Shown here: positions 18,459-26,870 of the stretch, one piece after another
Numbering within the stretch: the stretch's first letter is position 1
Layout: each line of letters begins with the position of its first letter
Origin: an uncultured Clostridia bacterium
GTDB lineage: Bacteria > Bacillota > Clostridia > Christensenellales > UBA1242
DNA length: 64,000 nucleotides
Assembly: GCA_944350275.1 (NCBI GenBank)
Contig: CALVOK010000014.1
Coordinates: 75,545-139,544, forward strand
Direction: 5' to 3'
The notes under the pieces: model-generated
The model's database searches: none
What the model was told of the DNA's origin: nothing
What the model saw: only the letters and a program-made list of their open reading frames with translations
Position numbers and translations under genes: made by a program

Positions 18459-18631
18459 AATTTTAAGTTAAGATTTTATATAGGTTTTTATATTAATAAA
18501 ACATCGGAGAAAATATTTTGAAATGTTTGTCTAAAAACTGAGTTGCAAGAATATTTCTGTAATTGAATAATTTTTGTTTTTTGTCAACAAACTTTAATTT
18601 TTATCATATTAAACTTGTGTAAGGAGTCTCT

Positions 18632-19057
18632 ATGCACAAGTTTTTTTGTAATTATAATCCGCTCACCGAAAAATATGAACTTAGTTTCAATCGCAATATG
18701 TTCTTCTCCCCTCGTGTGAACGTACTTGCCGAAAACACCCTACTCCCTGAAATTAGGTCGCTACTGCAGGAGATTTATGATAGCATTTCCGTCTTAAAAG
18801 ATAACATCACAGTTTCAGAGCAGTTGGAAATTTTGGACCAAAGTGAACTGCTCCTGTCAAACCTCTTTTATTCCCTTTTTGCCTCACCGCTTGAGTTAAA
18901 TAGCAATCAGCCGACGCAGGTTGTAGTCAAAGACCTGCTCGCTAGCACAATCAAAAAAGCAAGTACACTTGTGGAAAAGATAAATATTCCAGAATACAAC
19001 CGACTTGCTTTTCTACTTCTTAATAATTTTCAAAATCTGCTCAATATGCAACTTTAA
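18632..19057 (+). CDS. Hypothetical protein
   Basis: 141 aa, RBS TAAGGAG. No recognisable motif. Confidence 0.5.
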   Translation: MHKFFCNYNPLTEKYELSFNRNMFFSPRVNVLAENTLLPEIRSLLQEIYDSISVLKDNITVSEQLEILDQSELLLSNLFYSLFASPLELNSNQPTQVVVKDLLASTIKKASTLVEKINIPEYNRLAFLLLNNFQNLLNMQL

Positions 19058-19110
19058 TTATTGTTAAATTAATACTTCATTTTTATATCGTTAAATTTCT
19101 AAGCAACGCA

Positions 19111-19593
19111 TTATGAATTTTCTCTGTCACTTTCGCTCTCAAGTTCGTTTATCCTATCAAGCACAGCACAGAAAAACATTACATCAAATGATGACATTCT
19201 CATTTGGTCGGCAACATAGTTCGCAAACACATCAAGCACAATATCATTTGCCTTTCTGTCTGCATCATTGCGAGATTGATATTCTTTCAAAAGAGTCAAG
19301 AAATCATCAACAAACTCCTCGTTATCTTTTACCTTATGTTTTTCAAGATATTTTGCAAGTTCATCAATCTCCTCGAGCGAATAGTCTTTAAGTTTATCTA
19401 GAAAAGAGACCTTTGCCTTTCTGTCCTCTTCAAGTGTTTCCTTTTGTTTGGTATAAATAGGCTGACCTATTGTCACCTTATCCATTAGTTCAGCATTGTC
19501 CTTTGCATTATAATAAGTTAGTGCAACATCACACTTATCAAACAGAGAACCTGCCTTTATAAGTCTATCCTCAAAAAACTTTTTACTGTTCAT
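19111..19593 (-). CDS. Hypothetical acidic protein
   Basis: The ORF track starts at a GTG at 19602. The ATG at 19593 has better RBS spacing (AAGGTGG + 5 nt) and gives MNSKKFFEDRL... Confidence 0.5.
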   Translation of the reverse strand: MNSKKFFEDRLIKAGSLFDKCDVALTYYNAKDNAELMDKVTIGQPIYTKQKETLEEDRKAKVSFLDKLKDYSLEEIDELAKYLEKHKVKDNEEFVDDFLTLLKEYQSRNDADRKANDIVLDVFANYVADQMRMSSFDVMFFCAVLDRINELESESDRENS

Positions 19594-19701
19594 AACATCC
19601 ACCTTTTAATAATAAGTAAAATTAAGTTATCACCTTAAATAACCTAAGGAATAACTCTATTAATATTATACCACGTTTGTTAAAATATGCAATACTTTTA
19701 A

Positions 19702-20913
<1,212 letters not shown>

Positions 20914-21243
20914 TTTTTAAAATCACTTTGAAAAATATTTTGTTTAACTTTCAAAATCATTCCGATTTTAAAATGTTTTGATATACTTTCAAAACACAAA
21001 CTTAAAATGTTTTGATTAACTATAAAATCAATTTGAAAGAAAAAATATTTTTAATAAATTTCAAAAAATAAGGCAAAGAAATTTGCATAACTAAAAGAGA
21101 ATGACGGTTATGGAATTATCCTTAAAGTGCTAGACTTTTTGGATATCCAAAATTATATCATTCTCTTTTTCCATGCTGTTTACTATTTGTTCTTATATAC
21201 TTTTTGGTTATAATTAAATAACTTTCCGTTTTTAACTACTAAA

Positions 21244-21771
21244 TTATTTAAAGTTTTTTCTAAACCTTTCTAGGCACTGGCTGATAACCCTTTTAGCCTC
21301 ATCACTTCCGCGGAGAGATTCAACATTGACCTTTTTGTGTTCGAGTTGCTTATACACAATCAAGAAATGCTCGAGTTCCTCGGCTGTGTGCTTTGGCAGT
21401 TGTGAAATATCCTTGTACTCATTGTACTGAGGGTCACCAAATGGAATTGCTATGATTTTTTCATCATGCTCATCCCTATCCGTCATAGCGACAACACCTA
21501 TTGGATAACACCTGACGAGGCTCAGTCTTGCAAGCGGTTGACTGCAAAGTACAAAGACGTCAAGAGGGTCGTCATCCTCGCTAAGAGAAAGAGGGATAAA
21601 CCCATAATTCATGGGATAATTTGTGCTGGTGTAAAGCACTCTGTCTAGGATAAGCATACCAGTCTCTTTGTCGAGTTCATACTTAGTCTTGTCACCCTGC
21701 TGAATTTCTATGCAAGCAACAAAATCGTCTGGCTTAACACGCCCTGAGTCAATATCTTTCCAAATATTCAT
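21244..21771 (-). CDS. ppa: Inorganic pyrophosphatase (family I)
   Basis: 175 aa. ...YPMNYGFIP...DDDPLDVFVL...IGVVAMTDRDEHDEKIIAIP... Confidence 0.9.
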   Translation of the reverse strand: MNIWKDIDSGRVKPDDFVACIEIQQGDKTKYELDKETGMLILDRVLYTSTNYPMNYGFIPLSLSEDDDPLDVFVLCSQPLARLSLVRCYPIGVVAMTDRDEHDEKIIAIPFGDPQYNEYKDISQLPKHTAEELEHFLIVYKQLEHKKVNVESLRGSDEAKRVISQCLERFRKNFK

Positions 21772-21800
21772 AAACCACCTCGCCTTTCACTGTTTTTTAT

Positions 21801-22000
21801 AGGACCTCGCACCTGTCAGGCTTTTCGTCGTCGACCCTCGCACCTGCCGTGAATTTTGTCGCCAAATCAAACACCTATCACGTTTTTCTTCGTCGACTTC
21901 GCAAGTCCGTCTCGTTTTTAGTTACTTTCGAACCTCGCACCAGTCTCGTTTTTTGTTTTCATGGTCGACCTTCACAAGTCCGCCTGCGTTTGCTTAGAAA
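21801..22000. repeat. Five degenerate 30-60 bp repeats (TCGACCYTCGCACCWGYC...GTTTTT) in the ppa/amidase divergent intergenic region
   Basis: Copies begin near 21801, 21831, 21893, 21929 and 21965. The region is visibly more GC-rich than other spacers. Confidence 0.7.
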
Positions 22001-22169
22001 CAAATCAAAATTTGCCTGTCTCAAACCTTGCTCTGCTCCTGTCCCTTCTCGTTTTCCCTGCCTTACGGTTGAATTTTATCACACAAAAACCCAGCAAGTC
22101 AACGTTATATGACACTTTTTTGAACATTTTTTCTAGCGAAAGAATAAATATTCTTGTAAAGGAGTTTCT

Positions 22170-23201
22170 ATGGCAAACGAAGATTTTTTGATTGGTGCAA
22201 ATGATGAGCATGGAGTAATGCCTGCAACACCTGGCAAGCGTACACCATTTATCTCTCAACTTGGCAGACAAATCTACGAAAACGAGTTCAACCGTGTGGC
22301 GAAGAACAAGTTTATTGAGGCTTGCATGAGGCAAGACTTTTCCGTTTTCGACGTCAAAAGCGAGTTTCAAGATATTTCAATAAACGAGAGAGTTAGGCGG
22401 ATAAATTCTGCAAACCTGACACTGCTTGTTACCTTTGCCTACAATGCTAATGGCGAGGAGTTTAACTCGGCAAGCGGACTTGAAGTTTATTATTCGCCAC
22501 TAAACGTCAAGGCAAGTCAAAGTCAAGCACTTGCGCAAGACCTCTATAACCGCCTCATTGAAGGTACGACTCAAAATGGGCGAGGAGTTAAACCGCTGGA
22601 CGTGGGAGTTCTCTCCTCGGTCAACTGCACCTCCGCTCTTATAGAGGCTGGGTTTATGACCAATTTCCGCGAGGCTGGGCTTATGCTAAACCCCCTCTTC
22701 GTAACTGAGGTGGGCGAAGAGGCTTGCCAGGGTGTTTGCGACTTTCTGGGAGTGCCTTTTATCCCTCGTGATAACCTTGACAACTACCCTCTTCTTAGGC
22801 AAGGCAGTCAAAACAACTTCGTATATCTGTTGCAGTTTATCCTTGTCAATGATTACGGCTATAACCTCAGCATTGATGGTATCTTTGGCAGTCGAACGGC
22901 ATCCGCAGTGCGTGATTTTCAGGCGAACAATTCACTTGCAGTTGATGGCTTAGTTGGAAATAACACCTGGAAATACCTCTTAACCCTGCCGACCTATCCT
23001 CTTCTTCGTCAGGGACTTCGAGGCTCGTACGTCAGATTTTTGCAACAATTGCTTGAAAGCAAGTTTTATCCTGTCGGCTCAATTGATGGTATCTTTGGCA
23101 GTCGAACGGCATCCGCTGTCCGCTCATTTCAGTCGGCAAATGGTCTCGACGTTGACGGCATAGTCGGACCTAACACTTGGAACGCACTTGCAACAACGTG
23201 A
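22170..23201 (+). CDS. Amidase_3-type N-acetylmuramoyl-L-alanine amidase domain + two PG_binding_1 repeats
   Basis: 343 aa with no signal peptide. DEHG...TPGKRTP...YENEFN...GLEVYY...ALIEAGFMTN. Two LRQG...VxxLQ...IDGIFGSRTASAVRxFQ...VDG(L/I)VG.NTW repeats, encoded by a near-identical internal DNA duplication. Confidence 0.8.
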   Translation: MANEDFLIGANDEHGVMPATPGKRTPFISQLGRQIYENEFNRVAKNKFIEACMRQDFSVFDVKSEFQDISINERVRRINSANLTLLVTFAYNANGEEFNSASGLEVYYSPLNVKASQSQALAQDLYNRLIEGTTQNGRGVKPLDVGVLSSVNCTSALIEAGFMTNFREAGLMLNPLFVTEVGEEACQGVCDFLGVPFIPRDNLDNYPLLRQGSQNNFVYLLQFILVNDYGYNLSIDGIFGSRTASAVRDFQANNSLAVDGLVGNNTWKYLLTLPTYPLLRQGLRGSYVRFLQQLLESKFYPVGSIDGIFGSRTASAVRSFQSANGLDVDGIVGPNTWNALATT

Positions 23202-23440
23202 GAGAATATTTCATAACTTGTTAGAAATAAACATACAAAAACTTGAAAGCACTAATAGTGAAGTGAGAGACTTTTACCTTATCTGATAGAAATAAATCTA
23301 CAAAAACTTGAAAGCACTAATAGTGAAGTGAGAGAATTTTACCTTATCTGTTAGAAATAACCCTACAAAAACTTGAAAATGCTTATATTAACGTGAGAGA
23401 CTTTTGCCTTATCTGATAGAAATAAAACATTTCACAAGAT
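23198..23440. repeat. 65-bp tandem repeat, about 3.7 copies
   Basis: Units start at 23198, 23263, 23328 and 23393 (GTGAGAGAMTTTTACCTTATCTGWTAGAAATAA...ACAAAAACTTGAAAGCACTAATAGTGAA). The first unit overlaps the amidase stop codon at 23199-23201. Confidence 0.9.
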
Positions 23441-24009
23441 GAAAAAATTTTTGAAAAAGTATCAAGTCAGTTTTTTAGCATTGCTTTCAAGAGGTCACAA
23501 ATCAATTTTGTATCTCATAAACCATTTTTCTAAGAGACGTTATCAAATGAATTTTGTTTTTGGAAACATTTTTAAAGTATGCAAACAAATTATTTTTGTT
23601 TCTCTAGAGCCATTTTTTTAAAAGATGTTACCAAATTAGTTTTGCTTCTCTAGAGCACTCTTCTAAAGACACTATCAAATCAATTCTCTCTCTAGAACTA
23701 TCAAAAATACAAATTTCTAAGTGATTTTCATAGCATAATATCTTCACAGCAAAACTTCTATTTTTCGGAGTAGAAGTTTTTGTTGTCTAAAAAGTTAAAC
23801 TTCTTCTCTGATAAAAACTCTTGGACACTGCTCACCATGATTTTGCAAATTGAAAAGTTGGACTTTTTACTCTCACTCCCTCGCGCGCACGCACGCGCAC
23901 ATGATAGATAATTTATTTTATTTTTCGACAGACAAAAAAATATTATTCTTTATTCTTAATCTTTATTCTTTATTCTTATATAGGGATAATTCGGGCACAA
24001 TTATCTCTT

Positions 24010-24223
24010 AATTATCTTCTAGTTATCTTTGAAATATGTTGAAATTATCTTGAGATGATAATTAAATGGCGTTATCCATATTTAGTGTATTCTTTATATA
24101 AATAACAGCATATTTAGTTAAAATATATCAATTTTGCAATAATTTTAAAACAAAAATTTGTCTATTTAAAAAGATAATTTTGAGATAAAACGAGGATAAT
24201 TCGAAGATAACTAGAAGATAATT
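24010..24223. repeat. Perfect 20-bp inverted repeat pair (174-bp spacer) embedded in an array of about a dozen AGATAA/GGATAA motifs
   Basis: AATTATCTTCTAGTTATCTT at 24010-24029 is the exact reverse complement of AAGATAACTAGAAGATAATT at 24204-24223. The arms extend imperfectly to about 35 bp. Confidence 0.85.
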
Positions 24224-24375
24224 CGAGATAATTCAGAGATAAAAAGATAATTATTATCTTTTATCTTTTTTGCTTAAAAATATGCAAATCTACTCAATTT
24301 TTCCCTGACTTCTTCTTTACATTGACAATAATTTGACTTGACTTTATAACTATAACATTCTACTTTCTTTATAGG

Positions 24376-24645
24376 TTAATAAATTTCAAGTTTGCATTTG
24401 ATTTTACTGCCACTGAAATAGGCAAGGTCAGGATAGAAATCTTTTGTATTTGTGACATCTCTATCATTAGTGAAGTGTATTTTGCCATTCTCAAAGAAAA
24501 TTGACGCGTCAAAAATTTCAAAATGACAACCAAAATTCTCGGTAAAATTGGAAGAAAACTGAGCATTTTCTATATAAAAATGTACTTTAGAGTGCCATGT
24601 AGTATTATGTCGTATGTTGTATTGTATACAAGATACTATATGTTG
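24376..24645 (-). other. 89 sense codons in frame directly downstream of the TAA of ORF 24646..25266 (no start codon of its own)
   Basis: Codon-by-codon translation gives QHIVSCIQYNIRHNTTWHSKVHFYIENAQFSSNFTENFGCHFEIFDASIFFENGKIHFTNDRDVTNTKDFYPDLAYFSGSKIKCKLEIY, then a stop at 24376-24378. There is no ATG/GTG/TTG in frame. Confidence 0.6.
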
Positions 24646-25266
24646 TTATAAATGGTTATTTTGCTTTAAATATTCGCGGAGGGAATTTAGGCGAAGTTCA
24701 AATTCATAACGCGTCAGCACGGTCTCTGCTGGGTTTACTTTGCCAATGTGGTGCAAGATGTATTTATCTCCGCTTGCCTCTAAAAACCTCTTATAAAGCG
24801 GGTTCTTGCTTGCTGATAGAAAGAGTTCGTCAACAAAAATTTGATATTCCTCGCTGTCTCTATACATCTCTCTGCCCTGCCAATAGAGTTTACCGTCTCT
24901 AGTCCAATCGTCCAAAAGGTTTGCTCCTCTTGTGTGGTAGGCATCAAGACCGCTGTAACTTAAAACAAGGTTTTGAAGGTGTTTGTCTTTATACTTTATC
25001 CCCTGCATTACGCCCTCAATACTTGCCACCTTTTTGCCTCGAAAGGTAAATGAAAGAGGATAGAGATTTGATAGCCCTCTTGATAGACTGTTCTTTATAT
25101 TATAGCCAATATTTAAAAATCTTTCGCCCTCGCCGTACTTTTTATTTTCATCCTCAACAATCTCGCCATCATAATAAATACAGCCATCTTTTTCGGTTAG
25201 CATTTTGTAGTCAAGCGAAAAATTTTTCCTAAACTTTGTGTATTTTGAAATCTCTTTCTTGTTCAT
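24646..25266 (-). CDS. NADAR (YbiA/DUF1768)-like domain protein
   Basis: 206 aa, RBS AAAGGA. LSNLYPLSFTFRGKKVASIEGVMQGIKYKD resembles the NADAR FSNF...P...G...S.EHyfQa.Kf core. Resemblance only. Confidence 0.45.
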   Translation of the reverse strand: MNKKEISKYTKFRKNFSLDYKMLTEKDGCIYYDGEIVEDENKKYGEGERFLNIGYNIKNSLSRGLSNLYPLSFTFRGKKVASIEGVMQGIKYKDKHLQNLVLSYSGLDAYHTRGANLLDDWTRDGKLYWQGREMYRDSEEYQIFVDELFLSASKNPLYKRFLEASGDKYILHHIGKVNPAETVLTRYEFELRLNSLREYLKQNNHL

Positions 25267-25381
25267 GCTTTATCCTTTTTAACCTCTATTTGCTTTTCTA
25301 ATTATTTTGTTATCTAATAAATTTAAATTTTAAAGAATTTAAATTACCCCCGCTTGTATCATTAATTCTCCTTTTTCTTTT

Positions 25382-25957
25382 TCAAATCAATCTTTCTAGC
25401 AACTCATTAAGTTCTGGAATTTTGTATATTCGGTGATAACCATCAAAATGATTGTAACCTTTTAAATAAACACCCTTTGCATTTGTATCCTCAATAAAGC
25501 GGGTAAACTTTTCGCTGTTACCATCATCCTCATCAGAATAAAGGCAGTAAATATCTTTGATACTTTTGACATAATCAAAATCTTCCTGTTTTAAATATGC
25601 CTGTGTTTTAACCTTAACCGTGTAATCATTTCGCTTTGATGGGTATGAATAAATTGCACCTGGTGCAACTGCAATGTAACTTTTTGGTATAAAATTATGC
25701 TCTCTTGCAAACCTTATAAAGTAGGCATTTCCTATACTATGAGCAATCACTATTGAATCTTTTGAAAGTCTGCCATTTTCAAGATATGAGGAGAGCATTT
25801 TGTCAAACTCCTCATAACTGCTCTTTTCCCTTATAGGAAACTCTGGCATAACGCAATCAATTTCTTTTGCCGTCAAATAATCCTTGACATCTTTCCCCCA
25901 AAACTGCAATGTGTCGCCATTTAGTGAATGTAAGATAAAGACATTTATTTGCTTCAC
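25382..25957 (-). CDS. Alpha/beta serine hydrolase (YdeN/RBBP9-like)
   Basis: 191 aa, GTG start after AGAGGAG. VFILHSLNGD..., nucleophile elbow IAHSIGN, and a C-terminal NHFDGYH. Confidence 0.55.
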   Translation of the reverse strand: MKQINVFILHSLNGDTLQFWGKDVKDYLTAKEIDCVMPEFPIREKSSYEEFDKMLSSYLENGRLSKDSIVIAHSIGNAYFIRFAREHNFIPKSYIAVAPGAIYSYPSKRNDYTVKVKTQAYLKQEDFDYVKSIKDIYCLYSDEDDGNSEKFTRFIEDTNAKGVYLKGYNHFDGYHRIYKIPELNELLERLI

Positions 25958-26227
25958 GTTTTACTCCTCTTTTTTCCAAAATTATTATACCATATTTAAT
26001 TGCGTTTTTAAAATGTTTTATAAAAATGATTTTTACATTTTTTGGTTATTGTTTACAAAAAGGTTGATAAAAAAAAATTTTTGTGTTAAAATTTAAAGGT
26101 ATTTAAAGGCAATAACTATATTTTGAGAGCATTGTGCAGTACCATGCAAGTTTTACAAATACAAAACCTAACAAAACAGCACAAAGTAAACTACCTTTAA
26201 AAGAACAAAATCGTATAATGTTTTTAT

Positions 26228-26318
26228 GGAGACGTACCGAAGTGGTCGTACCGGGACGCACTCGAAATGCGTTTGTCGGGAAACCGGCACGTGAGTTCGA
26301 ATCTCACCGTCTCCGCCA
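26228..26318 (+). tRNA. tRNA-Ser (anticodon CGA), long variable arm, CCA encoded
   Basis: Acceptor GGAGACG/CGTCTCC, anticodon arm ACGCA-CTCGAAA-TGCGT, variable arm TTGTCGGGAAACCGGCAC, T-arm GTGAG-TTCGAAT-CTCAC, and 3' GCCA. Confidence 0.9.
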
Positions 26319-26336
26319 AGAGAAAAAACTGCGTTT

Positions 26337-26695
26337 CTGCCTAATCTCACTTGCAGTGAGATGCATGGCAGTAGCACTTGTTTTTTCTCCACTCACGCCA
26401 AACGTAAATGCTGACGCATTTAGCGTGTCTTTTCTCTATAAGGATACTATTTAAATCCTGCACTCTTGTTTCTACTCACGCAAAGCGTGAGGTTTGAAAC
26501 TCTTTCGTTTGTTTTCGCCGTTACTGCGCCAATCGTAAATTCACTCTCGTGAATTTAGCGCAACTCTTTTTTTATAATGTTGCTATTTAAAAACTGCATT
26601 GTTGCTTATTTTTGCATGAAATGCGAAAAGTTGCGCCCTAACATTTGTTCTCGCTGTGCTCGCACCAAACGTAAATAACCTGATGTTGCACGACT
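26337..26695 (+). repeat. Array of alternating long and short hairpin modules downstream of tRNA-Ser
   Basis: Hairpins at 26337-26371, 26394-26427, 26475-26491, 26525-26562, about 26609-26629 and about 26655-26695. Modules A and C share their flanks but differ in the stems by paired substitutions. Confidence 0.75.
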
Positions 26696-26808
26696 GTCCT
26701 ATAAGTTAAAATTAATTTAGATTGAAATTAGTTTAAATTGAAATTAATAGAAATTGAAAAAGTTGAAATTAATAGAGATTGAAATTAATATATAGGATGT
26801 ATCACCGC

Positions 26809-26835
26809 TTTTCCAAACTTAGATTACTTGGAAAA
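26809..26835. promoter_or_regulatory. Inverted repeat TTTTCCAA-N11-TTGGAAAA upstream of the nucleoside hydrolase gene (possible operator)
   Basis: Perfect 8-bp arms at 26809-26816 and 26828-26835, 36 nt upstream of the ATG at 26871. Preceded by ATTGAAATTA repeats at 26715-26795. Confidence 0.3.
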
Positions 26836-26870
26836 CAAAATATTAATAAAAAATATAATTCGAGGATATT

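Noticed and set aside
21797-21809. 13-nt identity TTATAGGACCTCG between 21797-21809 and about 40597-40609.
   Set aside because: Exact 13-mers shared between two sites are expected by chance many times in 64 kb on two strands, so this is not evidence of a repeat family.
23198-23440. The 65-bp repeat array considered as a CRISPR array.
   Set aside because: Units are contiguous with no unique spacers between conserved repeats, and no cas genes are in the window.
23983-24260. The GATAA-rich palindrome considered as oriC (DnaA boxes TTATCCACA).
   Set aside because: The best match is TTATCCATA (about 24071-24079), with only partial TTATCC cores elsewhere. No dnaA/dnaN is adjacent, and gyrB at 62754 is not preceded by dnaA-dnaN-recF. 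The origin call is unsupported and is left only as something to test by GC skew.
24369-24566. 65-aa minus-strand ORF reported in the track.
   Set aside because: A different frame on the same strand is open for 89 codons contiguous with the upstream gene and gives a far more protein-like sequence. The 65-aa frame is probably spurious.
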